The notes beneath the pieces are model-generated. The model had not been told where the DNA came from. It made no database searches and was given only the letters and a program-made list of their open reading frames with translations. Shown piece by piece: positions 14,101-29,100 of a stretch of DNA of 64,000 bases. The position numbers and the translations under genes are program-made. Within the stretch, counting starts at the first letter, position 1. Each line of letters opens with the position of its first letter. The DNA is from Lytechinus pictus (taxonomy: Eukaryota), in NCBI RefSeq assembly GCF_037042905.1, contig NC_087252.1, forward strand, positions 15,812,001 to 15,876,000, in the 5' to 3' direction.

Positions 14101-17100
14101 AGCCCTGGCAAAATCGTCTTTGTCGAAAATCGATTAATCAAAACAGCAGTTACGTCCGTGACTGGATCTGGACATGTTTTTGGATTTTTGTCAGCTTTGA
14201 ATCTTAGGAAGATCTCTTGTCCTGGTTCACCAATGTTTGACAAAAACCTCTCAGCTCTCCATTGTGATATGACGGGCATTTTCAATAGATTTTCTATGTT
14301 CTAGAATCTGTCCCTGATGCGATTGCGAAAAGACCACATTAGTTCAGGTTGATACCGCAGTAGTAGGCATTCTCTATGTCAATACAGATCTGCCCTTCCC
14401 CACAAGGGCTGCTCGCACATTCGTCAATTTCTGTTAAAGGAATTAGGGAAAGAGTCGTGGTATTGGTACTAAATCGAGGGTGTTAATGAAGGTTAGATTC
14501 TTATTTGCTTTCTCCTGACAGAAAAATAGACTGAAAAACAAAGGTTAAGTTATTGATTAATCGATTGATTTTGATCACATCTCTACTTTAGCATGACAGC
14601 AACATTGAATCAGTTTATACAAGATTATTATACACAAGAACATCAAATTCATATCACAGAGGCTGTGGAACGATTTTGGAAAGTGTGGACGGGGGGGGGG
14701 GGGGCTGAGCAAGAATAAAATCACAGTTTTATGTCATTTCACGTCTTTGTAGACGTTTATTACACACATAAAATAATCATTGCCTAATAGGCCAACTGCT
14801 TAGATATTATGAAGAGTTCAGTTTAAACTCTATGGAGTCATATTAAACGTATTCCGGTAATTATGTTTAATTAATCAAAGTACTTGAACCTATGTCAACA
14901 AGAAGCACATTATACATACCGCAAGAGCAGTTGACACCGATGTACCCAGGTTTACATGTGCAATTGAATGTCGAGTTGCTGTTTATTTTACAGTCGACTC
15001 TTCCATCCTGCTCAGTGCGACATCGATTGTAATGGCATGACGTGGCTTTAATGGCTGATAAAGACAACAGGCAGAAAGATAAACGAATGCTGCAAGATAG
15101 CACTGGGTAGAGACAGATGGAAAACCATGACATCCAACATCTTCAAAGAGAAGGAACAGCGGTAAGGTAAGGTAAAAGACAACAATGCACACGATTCATG
15201 CAGGTAATTATTAAATTGTATGTAAGAAACCCTTACGCGTTGACGTCATCGCACCGCCATCTTAGAGGTCAGTTCCATTGCTTTGCGTGCGTTGGTATGT
15301 GCAGCTATTGCATCTCTGACATGTCCGTTTACGCATGCAGAGCCTCTGAGGGAGGGCACTATGAGATTATGACGTCACATACATGCCTCTATATTGCGCA
15401 CCTGGTGGGTGTTCATAAAACTGTTCGTCAAGTTACGCATGACTTTACGCACGACTGGAACTTCTCTTAGGTGCAAGGCATAGTCTGGTAGGGGGATAGG
15501 GTTCCCATGCACCCGAATGATATATTTTTTTAACCTACATTTTTGTAATCCGTAAGATGTGCAGTGAATGAATGTTGATGTTCCCAAAACGAAATATTGT
15601 CCCATGGGGTTCAAATTCAAGATGGCGTCCAAAATGGCCGCCATATTCATGGGATTTGGTTTTTCGTACATAGATTCTGACACAAACATTCATTTGCCAC
15701 AAAATTTGTGTCATATGAAAGATAAATAAATTTTCTACAAGTTGATACTATTCATGGGTGATGAAAAGCTAATTCGGCTGAGATTTTGATAAGAAAAGTG
15801 CAATTTTGAGAATTTTTTCCAAAAAATTGAAAATTTGCGAAATACATGATTTACCATAAAGCTAAAGAAAATAAAGGAATCGCCTCAAAAATTTCTAGAA
15901 AACTTTCCTAATATACAACTATTAAGTGGACAAAATTCCAAATCGATATCGTTTTTAGTCACAAACTTATAATGTCTCAAACTTGAAAATTCAATTTTCA
16001 GAAATTTAGCTTTTTTACTGCATATCGGAGACTTGGATACACTAATGTATATTGTCATATTTTCAACCCGGAAAATGGAGATAGGCCTTAATAAAATGCA
16101 AAATTATCTATTATTTTGTTGTTAGAATTTACTACAATCCCTTTATTCTACAATATAAAGTCGGTTGATTTAGTTTTTGAAAGAATTAAGACTTTTGACC
16201 AAAATTTGTATGTTTTTGGTAAAAAAATGCACATGTATACTGTTATCAATCAGATTTATTATGAATATCAGTAATAAATGCACAATCTCAACATTCGATA
16301 TGAAAGAGGATGTATCAACGAGAATATTGGCAGGCTTCATGCCACCATGAGTATCTTCATTTGCTTTAGAAAGAAGGAAAATATGCTGAATGTATTAAGA
16401 GATTTTGCGCTAAAGTGAGGCCAAAAAGCAACCTCGGTGTGGCAGTCACACCCATGAAAACGATTGCAAAGTGATGAATGGTATGTCATTCAAATAATAC
16501 AATAGCTTGGATCAGCCTCTCGCATCGATTGTGTTGGTATGACTAACACACCGTAATGTACAGTATGTAATGTGAATGGTAATAGAAATGTGATTCAGAA
16601 GGATGTAAAGGCAAAAAAAGGTGTTTCTGTTACATTATATATATATTTATTTAATGAAGTCTCTTGGAAACAGTTATAAGATACACTTGCACTGCAGGTA
16701 ATAAAGGTGAAGTTCTGACACATCAATACACAACTGAAAGGAACATGTCAAAGCTACCTCCACCTTATCTGTATTTTGAATTTATGGCCAGTATTCCAAA
16801 ATCAGGTTTATTTTCCAACACGTTCTAACTCTTTTCTAAATTTATGAAGAGCCGAAATTATGTTTATTTTATATCTCTTATGTTTACAACTCTGTTCCGT
16901 TTGCTTTCATAATGAAGGAAAAAACCTCAATTATCATTCTCAGACAACTATGAACCGTTTGGGGGTCAATATTAATGAAATTGGCTCTCCACGTCAGTAA
17001 AAGTCATTGGGGGTAATTCTGTCGCCAGTCAAAAAGTGATCATAATTAGAAAACCATAACTTAGTTCAGATGACCGAAGATCTGACATGATATCTGATGA

Positions 17101-20100
17101 TCGTTTACCAAAACAAAAGAAATCACGATCAAAATCAAAATGTCGAAAGAACTAACCAATCAGCGTAATGGACACAGCACACGACACTATCACAGATCAT
17201 GATCATTATCAGTCTAAAGACAGTCTATCCAACTTTGCATAAATTGACACAATACACACCAATGGGCCACACACAGTTGTAAATTCAGAAGGTACAGTAG
17301 CATTTGCTAACATTTACATATGCCCACAGAGTCGGTCAACATAAGCTCTACCTAAGAGTTGACTCACGTGCAAGTACTAAGACTATCATAGTACGTACGC
17401 CAGGGAAATATAAAGTTCAAAGTGGGAATCATTAGTGAAACAAACACCAGTAAAACTTGAAGCTTATGGTGAGATTCCAATTAAATGTAAAGGTACACTT
17501 GACATAAAATTTTACAGTCCGAAATGGTCAACACAGACATTCTATGTACCAGATGTCAAGGTTTCAGCTATCCTTGGGTTGTTAGGTTGCACTGACCTTG
17601 TAATTATCACAATTCACTCAATGTACAATTATGACACACCTACACCTAACCCTAAACCTAAACAAACACCTATCACGAGTAATAAGGATCTCGAACAAGC
17701 ATTTCCAGAGCACTTCGATGCTATTGGTAGTTTCAAAGGAAAAGCGATGCTTCATGTCAAGGACATCGCTAAACCTACCATAGACGCAACACGCAAGTGC
17801 AGCACACTAATTGAAGGACAAGATCAAGATCAACGTGGAACACAACAAGAATATGTACTTTTTCATGGAGACGGCAAAGCAAGAAGACTCGGTGTTCAAC
17901 AGCTCCAAGTGCACAATCAAGAAAGAAGCTATCAACTTCTTTGGCTCCAAGTGTACTAGATCAGATATCTACCCAGATCCTAGCAAGGTAGAAGCCAACA
18001 CATTATACCCAAGTACTATTACCCAAGGACAAAGAGGATGTTCAGAAATGCCTAGTATTGTTCAAATACCTAGCAGCATATGTTCCTAATTTGTGGGAAA
18101 AGTCAGCACCACTTCGATAACTTCTCCACAAGGAAGTACCGTTTATCTGGGACAATGATCATGAACATTCCTTGAACAGCCTGAAATGTGCAGTATCATC
18201 AGGTGCATGTCTACAGTTCTATGACCCAGAGAGAGAGAGAACTGTCGAGATAGATACATCAATGAAAGATCTAGGAGCATGCCTGCTTCAGGAAGGTAAC
18301 CTGTTGCGTTTGCATCCAAAGTCTTTCCACTGCACATTCCAACTACTCAAACATAGAGGGAAATCTTAGTCCTAATGTTTGGTATCAAACGCTGCTATAA
18401 TATCTGTTCGCGAAAGAATTCACAGTCATAATCAATCACAGACCACTGGAAATTATATGGAAAAAACTCTTACAAGTGCAACGCCGCATCTACAGCGATC
18501 GCTTATAATCAAAGTCCAAGGAAACAGGTGTCAAATCAATTACCGACCTGGAAACGACGTGATTCTTTCCGATTCGTTGAGTCGACTTCCTAATCCCAAG
18601 GAAGCATGCGATGTACCGTCAGGTGTCAGAGTTAAATCCATCTGCTCTGAGGAAAAATATTCGCATATGCGATCGAGTTATTACTCTTCGGAAAACACAA
18701 GAGGACAGAACTTCAGAGAGAAACGGCTAGTGATCCAATTCCCAGATCATTATGGCAGATTTGGCCTGAGTTGGCCTGAAACAATCCAAGATTTATTGAA
18801 ATCCCTTAGGCAGTATTGGTCGTATAGAGATAACATCGGATTATCACATGGAGTACTCTTCACGGGAAGTCAAGTCATCGTACCGAAGTCACTGATGAAT
18901 GATATCCTTGGACAGCTTCACCTATGACACATGGGAATCGAAAGTACCAGACGACTTGCTCGTGAGACAGAGTTCTTGTCAAACATCAACGAGGACTTCG
19001 ACCAGTTGATAAAGCAGAGTGAAACATGCCAGAAACATCAAGCAAGGCAGCAGAAGAAAAGAAGTGGAATATCAAGCACATTACTTCTTCTCCACACTAT
19101 CCAAGATCAAACGGATTAGCTCAGAGGATGATTCGTACAGTCAAGAATCATTTGACAAAATGTTCTCAGACTGGCCAAGACAGTCAACTAGCAATGATGA
19201 ACCTGAGAGCAACACCAGTCGAAAGTAACTTGAGATCACCAGCAGAAATGTTATTTGGTAGACCCATCAGAACCACATTAACAAGTCACTATTTCTCGAG
19301 AGATTCTACTACCACTGATTTTCTCTTGAATAGGCAAGACAAGGTGAAGGAAGTGCATTATCGACATGCAAGTTCTAATCTACTACCTCTGCATGCAGGA
19401 CAGCCAGTGAGAGTTATACATCCAAGATAACACACTTGGATACCAGCTAAAGCATCCAAAGTCTGTGAGGAACCCAGGTCTTACGAATCTTGAGAAGGAA
19501 CAGATCACACGTGAGGGAAATTCCATCCACCATCCCCACTCCAAAGCAGGGCTCGAAATTAGCGGTTGCCGGGGTGACGTTGGCAACAAAAACTGCCATC
19601 ATGGTTGTCCGGATGGCAACCAAGAAAATTCCGTGGTTTTTTTCCTCAAAGAGAATAAAAATCTCTTGAATTTTGCAGCAAGCAAAATTGCTTTTCCAGT
19701 CCAAAGTTTACAACTTCTGGATCAGGAATATATCTTCCAAGATCACATTGGCACAAAGTTTTAGTTAAAAAAGATCGCCCAAATCTAGCACATGAGCCTG
19801 CCAATGACTTCTAAGATTGACTGCCTGTCTGTCAAAGTCCTCCCTAAGAACCATAAAGCTTACATTTTGACATGATATAAGTTAATTGTTGCAAGTTGTA
19901 AAATGCAATTTACAGGAGGCCTTTTCCGTGGTACTGATTCGTCACCACATTTTCTACTTTTGAAAATATTAAATAGATTAATAACACAACCATACACATC
20001 TCAATGTTCCAAAAAGACCTTCCCCTTCTTTGCATTGGTCAACAGAGGTTTTTGTCATTTTTGGCACTTTAATGTACCAGAAATGTTTAATTCAAATCGT

Positions 20101-23100
20101 AAAGAACAAAGATAACCCACTCAATTAATTTATCATAATCAGAATACCCTCAAAACATTTGTAATTTGTTTTCCTATGACGTCGAATTGAAAAGTTCTGT
20201 TAAGAGTTTTTTGTCAGAATCCAAGATAGCCGTCAAGGTGGCGGCCAAGGGACAATATTCAAGTTTTCAGAAGATCAAAATAAATTCATTCAGTATACGA
20301 CTCCAGGATTGAAAAGGTGTAGGTTAGAAAAACTAATCAATATGTTGAAAATGGTGGTCAAGATAATGACAATATAGTACATTTAAGTCTGTAAAATTCA
20401 GTAAAAAAAACAACTCAATTTCTTAATAATTGTATATTATTATATAGGAAAGTTTTCTAGAAAGTTTCAAGACAATTCCTTTATTTTCCTTAGATATAAT
20501 TATGTAAATCAAGTATTTTGCACATTTTCATTTTTGGGGGAAACAATTTCAAAATGCACTTTTCTTATTAAGATCTCAGCCGAATTACCTTTTCATCACC
20601 TATGAATAATATCAACTTGTAGAAAATTTATTCATCTTTCATATACACTAATTTTGTGTTCGAAGATAAACCTGATTTAGGAATACAGGCCATAGATTCA
20701 AAATACAGATAAAGTGGGGGTAGCTTCGACATATTCCTTTGAGTTGTGTATTGATGTGTAAGAACTTCATCTCTATTACCTGCAGTGCAAGTGTATCCTA
20801 TAACTGTTTCCGAGAGACTTCATTAAATAAATTTATATATAATGTAACAGAAACACCTTTTTTGCCTAAACACCTTTTTTGCCTTTACATGATCCTTCTG
20901 AATCACATTTCTATTACCATTCACATTACATACTGTACATTACGGTGTGTTAGTCATACCAACACAATCGATGCGAGAGGCTGATCCAAGCTATTGTATT
21001 ATTTGAATGACATACCATTCATCACTTTGCAATCGTTTTCATGGGTGTGACTGCCACACTGAGGTTGCTTTTTGGCATCACTTTAGCGCAAAATCGCTTA
21101 ATACATACAGCATATTTTCCTTTTATCTGAAGCAAATAAAGATACTTATGGTGGCATGAAGCCTGCCAATATTCTCGTTGATACATCCTCTTTCATATCG
21201 AATGTTGAGATTGTGAATTTATTACTAACATTCATGATAAATCTGATCAATAACAGTGCATGTGCATTTTTTTTACCAAAAACATACAAATTTTGGCCAA
21301 AAGTCTTAATTCTTTCAAAAACTATATCAACCGACTCTAAATCGAAGAATAAAGGGATTGTGGTTAATTCTACCAACAAAATAATAGATAATTTTGCATT
21401 TTATTAAGGCCTATCTCCATTTTCTGGGTTGAAAATGTGACAATATACATTAGTGTATCCAAGTCTCCGATATGCAGTAAAAAAGCTAAATTTCTGAAAA
21501 TTGAATTTTCAAGTTTGAGACATTATAAGTTTGCGACTAAAAACGATATCAATTTGGAATTTCGTCCACTTAATAGTTGTATATTAGGAAAGTTTTCTAG
21601 AAATTTTTGAGGCGATTCCTTTATTTTCTTTAGCTTTATGGTAGATCATGTATTTCGCAAATTTTCAATTTTTTGGAAAAAATTCTCAAAATTGCACTTT
21701 TCTTATCAAAATCTCAGCCGAATTAGCTTTTCATCACCCATGAATAGTATCAACTTGTAGAAAATTTATTTATCTTTCATATGACACAAATTTTGTGGCA
21801 AATGAATGTTTGCGTCGGAATCTATGTACGAAAAACCAAATCCCATGAATATGGCGGCCATTTTGGACGCCATCTTGAATTTGAACCCCATGGGACAATA
21901 TTTCGTTTTGGGAACATCAAAATTCATTCACTACACATCTTACGGATTACAAAAATGTAGGTTAAAAAAATATATCATTCGGGTGCATGGGAACCCTATC
22001 TCTCTCCCCTACTAGCAGCTACATAGGAATATACACATCCGGGGGGGGGGGGCACTTCCATTGACGAGTGGATACAATGCGCGACCATGGGGTCTCGAAA
22101 AGCACCCTAAACAAGTATTTTCCATCTTCTGAAAAGAAAATGCACCCCTTTACAAGTATTGGCGTGTGAAACCCTACCTTTAACAAGTATTGGAAACAAA
22201 ACGATACTCCTGGCAAGTATTCCCTGAATTGAACCCCTAAACAAGTACAGCGATATTTTGATTGTTATCTCACGGACGTCGGTTGTCGGTTTTTACCTTT
22301 ACCTACGTCATTGGGGGTTTAGTACGGCCCCATCTCTCACACCTCGCACAAATCGTACTCTGAACACGCGTAGTGTCGACTGCTGGGACAAAAAGTATAT
22401 CCTTTATAAAAAAAAAATTTGGAACCCTCGCAAATTTGGCCCTAAACACGTAGCTTTCCTAGCAAAATTTTTATTTGTGTTTTTGACACCATTACGTTAC
22501 GTACGTCACGTGCCCTATCTTGAAAAAGACATCATTTTTACGTGTTTTTTGGTCGCACATGGTATCAACGCGTCAATGTAAGTGCCCCCCCCCCCGGATA
22601 CACATTTAACACAAAAAGGGTGTCACCGGTCGTGCGTAAAGTCATTCCTAACTTACGATACGGATAACTTTATGAATCGACACCCTGTCTTATCATATTT
22701 AGTGCGTACACTATAAAAAAAAAATTTTGGGTAAAATTTGAACCAGCACGAGGGCAATTATGTGTGGGAGCGCTCCCCTGTTGTCTTCAACATCATTATT
22801 CGTTGATTCATGAGCGTAAGAGTTACAAGTACAGCATCAATTTAATGCTCTTCAAACTAACTAGCATTACTAGTATTGTTGTCATGCTGAGGAGGATATC
22901 GTTTTCCATTTTCATTTATTTTTATTTCACAAACCTATTACCAAGATTAGAAAATGCAAGATATATTCAGTAAGACGATACGTACGTTCGCATTGACTGG
23001 AAAGGTCTTCCGAAGTTGTGTTATCTGGAGCTGAAGTGATGGCATTCATCTCATTAAAATCTGAATGATTATTTTGAGCAAAAATACAAGAACGTGGAAT

Positions 23101-26100
23101 TAAACGATAATTATTGCCACGTTTATAACTATACGATCATCGTAGGATGTCTGTGGGGGTGATTTGTATCCTGGTAATCGTACGTACGATCTCTTTAGGG
23201 TTCCGTACGACAATAGTACAATTTTAGTTCGAATACACGATCATCTCCTGTTGGAAAGAACACAGTGTCACTCAGTGTGATCACAGTGTGTTCACATAGT
23301 AGACTATAATAAACACGGGCGGATCCATGCAGGATTTTCCAAAGGGGGGGGGGGGCACATTTTCCCAAGGAAAAAAATTGTGCCTCTCAAGGGGGGGGGG
23401 GGCACGGGGCCAGCTGTGCCCCCTGGATCCGCCAGTGATATTAATTACCATTCACACTGCTAAAATACTCATATTCAATCAAATTCAATAAATAGTGTGA
23501 GGATATTTCCACACTGTGAACACCTCGACAGTGTGACTGTTCACAGCGTGTTCACATGGTCAAATATGCGAATATGTAATTCACACTGTTGAAATGCTAA
23601 AATCTAACAGTGTGACGGTGATTTCACATTGTGTTCCACACTGTGAACACACCGTGGCACTCACTGTGGTTTACTGATCTTTCCAGTAGGGTCATATCGA
23701 CGATGATTTTGATAAAAAGTGGAGTTATACACACTTTTCGAATTCGTAAAAAGTAGCCCAGAAATACATCGTAGGGTCATCGTACGATCATCGCAGCGCC
23801 ATCGTACAATCGACGCAGAGACATTGTACAACAGAATGGACATTGTACCATTTGCGCAAGGGTGTGGTGTAGCCATTCATAAAAAAGGCATCAGCGCAGG
23901 GACATCTTACACTATCTCAATACGGCCTCTGTATGAATAAATCTTGGAATAAATCGTAAGATGGCCGTAAATATGTGAGTATAAAAATCGTATCCTACAG
24001 CTCGATCCCTACGACGCCAGCACCAAACATCGTAGACTAATCCATTATTCGGTGATTACAGCAAATGAAAACGATGCATAAATGATGACATCATTCCTTA
24101 GGGCCTTTTTCACACGTGAATCTTGAATCATCATTGTACTGATGATTGCAATTCGTCTTTAGAATCATCGGATCTTTCACACGGAAAATTCGTACCGTAA
24201 TTTGAGTGAAACTTAACTGGAATTCACATCTGGAGTAGAATTTGAATTCGTGATTGTGATTAGCGTTCGCGAGTCTGGTTTGGTTTCACATGTGCTAAAA
24301 ATTCGTCATTAGCCTTATTTTTCACTGGAATCATCATTCAAATTACGATTTTTTTTACCGTGTGAAAGGGCAGTTATATCGATCACAAATCCCCTAATGT
24401 AAAGCGATTGTATCTGAGTGAATTGCAATCTTATGATATTGATAAAATTTATTAACATATTGGTGCCTTCGTGTCATTTTTATACATAATAATTATGTAA
24501 TACAAATACGACTTTTATGCGTTGTCATGTAGAAGGTGCTGTTCATTTGTTTTATCAATTTTATACTAGGCTGTTAGTATTTCTATGATATTTCACGTCA
24601 GTTTCTGAGTGTTCTAGTCCACGATCATAAAAACGTCATACTTGAGGCCGAAATAAGGGGGATATCTTTTTATCTACATACCTTGTATTTCAGTTGACAC
24701 CACTGTAGATTCTATTGTCGACATTGCAATTGAAGACGATTCGGTATCTTGGCCATGCGTGGATAATGCTTGCTCAGTCGTCTCAGTTTGAGTTAGTATT
24801 CCCCATGTCTGGTTGACAATGTCTACAGCTTAGTTGGAAACATGGAAAAACATTTGATGCTTAATGCTAATTCGTCTGTTTCTGTCGTAGAATGTATACA
24901 GCTTGATTGCAAATGAATTTAAGAAAGACCAACGCCCATCTCTTCACGGCTAAATTAAGTTAAATGTGGGATATTGTTGCTTAAAGGAGAATGAAACTCT
25001 TGGAGCAAGTTAGCTTTTGTGAAAGCAGAAAAATCAAAGAATAAGATCAACAAAAGTTTGAGTAAAATAGGACTAGCAATAGAAGAGTTATGAGCATTTG
25101 AATGTCGAGATCACTAATGCTATGGAGATCCTCCCATTGGCAACGCAACCAAGATCTATGATATCACAGATGAACAACTCTCCCCTTTTGGACACTGAAA
25201 ATATACCCCAAAACATCTCTTTTTGCTCATTCTAATCATATGACAAACGATTCATCAATGATATAATGTTGTGAAACCTCTGTACTTGTCCTCTCATAAA
25301 GAGAACACCTCACCTTGTGATAGATTCTATAAAAGTGAGAATATAAGTGAAATAAGTACTAAAGCAATGAGGGAGTTGTACGTGTGTGACATCACAGATC
25401 TTGGTCGCATTGACTATTGGAGGATCTACATGGCATTAGTGATCTCAATATTCAAATGCTCATTACTTTCTTATTATTCATTCAATCTTCCTCAAACTTT
25501 CAACAATATGTTTCTTAGATTTTTCTCGTTGATATGGATTCAGCTGGTTTCAAGGGTTTCATTCTCCTTTAATATATGCATGGACCCCTCTTGTGTGTAA
25601 TTTATATCCAAGAATTTTGCCCAGAAGTGGCCGAAATGAGTGAAAACTAAAAGTAATCTTCATTGCACAACAATACATTCAAATTACTGACAGAAGAAAA
25701 ACAACTTCCTTATTTTTTTTATCAAAAAGTCAAAGGCATGTATTTCAGATCTTGAATGGTTATTAAAATAAATTAATTTATCGCAAGCAGACATTTCCGA
25801 GATTAAAAAGTAGTACCACTCCAATGATTTTTGTTATCAGATTTGAAAATAATGGCTTACGAACCATAAAAAATGGATAAAGCAACTACGTGCTCCTTTG
25901 AGGACATCGAAACACTGAATTCCAAATGTATTCCAAATGGTCAAGCGCGCACAAAGTTCCACACTTTTTTTCCTCTTGCATGCATGCGTGTTATTTCGTA
26001 GGTATTGTCCAATATACTGTTAATTGTGTCATGGAGTAGGTCCTAGATTTCTTGTAGCTTCAAGGTCGTGTATGTGACAGAATACAACGAGCTCTATCCA

Positions 26101-29100
26101 TTTTGTTTTAAAGGGATGGTCCGGGCTGAAAATATTTATATCTTAATACATAGAGTAGAATTCACTAAGCAAAATGCCGAAAATTTCATCAAAATCGGAT
26201 AACAAATAACAAAGTTATTGGAGTTTAAAGTTTAGCAATATTTTGTGAAAACAGTCGTCATGAATATTCATTAGGTGGGCTGATGATGTCACATCTCCCC
26301 TTATCGTTTTCTTATGTTATTACATAAAATCATATTTTTTTCATTATTTCATACTTGTCTGAATAATATGTCTCTCTTATAATGAAATAAGTTGCAGCAA
26401 TAAATATCTAATGCACTAAATCAGTTGTCAATCCAATTTTTCTAGTTCTTGGAGGAAAAATTTGAATAAACCTACTTTCATATAAGAAAATACAAAAGAG
26501 CAAGTGGGGATGTGACATCATCAGCCCACCTAATGAATATTCATGACGACTGTTTTCACAAAATATTGCTAAATTTAAAAATTCAATATCTTTGTTATTT
26601 GTTATCCGATTTTGATGAAATTTTCGGCATTTTTGCTCAGTGAATTCTACTCTATTTATTAAGATATAAATACTTTAAGCTATAAATACTTTCAGCCCGG
26701 ACCATCCCTTTAAATATTGATGCTACGAACCTGCTGACGTCTTGACTGACTTTAAAGTCGACGTTACAGCTGAAGACACGATGATATCTGGCCAAGATGT
26801 AGTTAATGGTTGCTGAGTAGTTGTGCGACGTGAAATTCCACTTGTTGCAACGGTGATTTCTACATTTTAACGGAGAAAATCGGGACACGGATATAAATTG
26901 TTAGTTATAATCTATATTTTCGTCAGCCTTTAAAATTGGCAAGCTTTCGCAACCACTACGCAGGCTCATTTTGGCACGATGAAAATCTATATAAAATGCC
27001 CTTCAAACCACAATGAACAGATTGGAGGTCATTGTCGAAAAGTGATGAGCCCGGACAGCACATCGTCTTCGGAGCTGACGAAACATTGGAAATATTTCGT
27101 TTGCCAAGACAATAGATCCTGAACATTCTAGAAAGCGTCTACGCAATAGTTTGAAAACTCCCCAATGTTAGGTGTTAAACGTGAATGCAAACTCGAAATG
27201 AGTATCGTAGTGTATAATTTAATACCAAGCTAAGCAAATAAAGAGTGTATGGATTATGGAGTGAAGGCATAATTGAAACAAAGGTAATATATCCCCATAA
27301 TTATTGTAATATGTTAATTAAAATTTGCAATGACACTCGAATTTGTTCATTCTTTTGACCTTGCAAAATCACAGTGAAAGATATGCATGAGCGCATCTTT
27401 GCACCAAAACAATTGAGCGTATCTGCCAATGCTGCCAATAAAACTTTTCAATTTTTTAGTCATCTGCTTTCTCTCTACTCTCCTTCCTTCTCCTTTCAAT
27501 ATATTCAGTATGTGACAAAACTATTTTAGTTTTTACTTTTAACATTGATAAGTATATATGTATGTTTTAATGTCGTTAATCATTTCCAGAGCCCTCTTGT
27601 AAATCTGTTTACGTAACTGAAGAGGTTATCCTGGTAAAAGAAAACTGAAATTTTGATTGTAATCAAAAGCAGTATACAAATGAACAAAGTGAAACAATGA
27701 AAAAGTAACAAGCAAAACCAGGTCCATGAACCTATACTGGTTCAAGGCAGGTTGAAATGTACATAGCGAATTTGCATTAACATAAAAAAGAATTGGCTTT
27801 AAATTAAATAGAGACTTGCTTACATGAGCAACGGTACATAAAAAATGGCATCAACAATGGAGCACTCCGTACATCCGTTATGGTAGCAATAATTATTATG
27901 CATATTATTATTTTCATCAATAAATAACCCGAATCAATGTTTTATACTTCGTAATAGAAATCCTCCGAAAATTCATTTTGACCTACTGATTGTGGGCCCG
28001 GCAGTCACTGAGTAGTACCGAATCGGCGTTGCTCTCTTCCTTAAATCCATAAATACCAAACGGGGTAACAGCAACGATTTATTTTCATTTGGTCTAATGC
28101 CATATCGTCTACTGTCATTTGATCTACCATCAGTTCGTCCAATATCCACATGGTCTAATTGCCATTTCGTCCACTCACAATTTCGTCTAATAACCAGTTG
28201 GTCCGATAGCCATTTAGTCCATGTACCATTATTTTGGTCTAATTAGACGAAGTGTTAATAGAGCAAAATGAATGAAAATACATCGGATATTAGACAAACT
28301 GGTTATGAGAATGGTCGTAGACGAGCTGGTGATAAGACGATTTAAGTGATGATTGGACCCAATGGTTGTTAGACGAAATGTCAATGGACGGAATGGCATT
28401 GGACTAAATGATGGCAGACCATATGATGAGTTGACGAGTTGGCAGTTGATGAACTGGCAATTTACCACAGCAACTTCCATCTTTCAACGCCTTTTGGTCT
28501 GAGGCAGCCGGGGTTGCACTCCCTACCCCCGGTTGTAAGGTGGACACACAACAGTTGCCCAGTTTACATTGATTCGGTCTTCGATCAACAAAGGGCGGTA
28601 GTAAGGAGTATCGTATCGTAATGTGTGAATGGTTTGATCTCCTAAGAGTGATACGATTTATTTGATTCATTGATACGATTTTCGTAAAGATTTATGATCA
28701 TCGTAGGACCTACGACTCTACGATTTTATCAAGCGCGGAGTCACACATATTTTCTTTAAAAAATTTAGCCCGTAGCCACCGACGGCTCCACCAGAAAGAT
28801 CGTATACCAATCAATCTATGATGATCTTGAATGATCGTAGCAAATGTAAATGAGGGAAATTATGCTCACCGCAGTATGGTCCGTAGTAACCAGTCGGACA
28901 AGCACACATGGCAGTATTTGTGTCGACCGATGAGCAGATACCTCCATTTTGACAAGGTGCACTGTAGCATGCTTGTGGACTGATCGATTGATTGGCTGTA
29001 AGAGAATTAAAGAAGGTACAGTTTTAGCGTGGAACGAGCTGTCATTAAGACACCAAATCAAAGAGATATATATAGATAAGTAATGATATATAATGAATAA

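Noticed and set aside
17435..19430. Functional or domesticated retroviral-like gene
   Set aside because: Multiple frameshifts and stops; RT and the integrase core are largely deleted.
19500..20200. Possible transposase remnant inside the long-TIR element
   Set aside because: No motif I can recognise with confidence; it would need TBLASTN/HMM comparison against Academ transposases.
27824..27890. Possible extra Cys-containing exon of gene A (CYHNGCTECS...|GTAAGC)
   Set aside because: A donor is present but there is no acceptor AG nearby, and the frame does not give an EGF pattern; at best a decayed exon.
28404..28670. GC-richer minus-strand ORF within a gene A intron
   Set aside because: No convincing acceptor/donor pair in compatible phase, and it runs into a repeat element.
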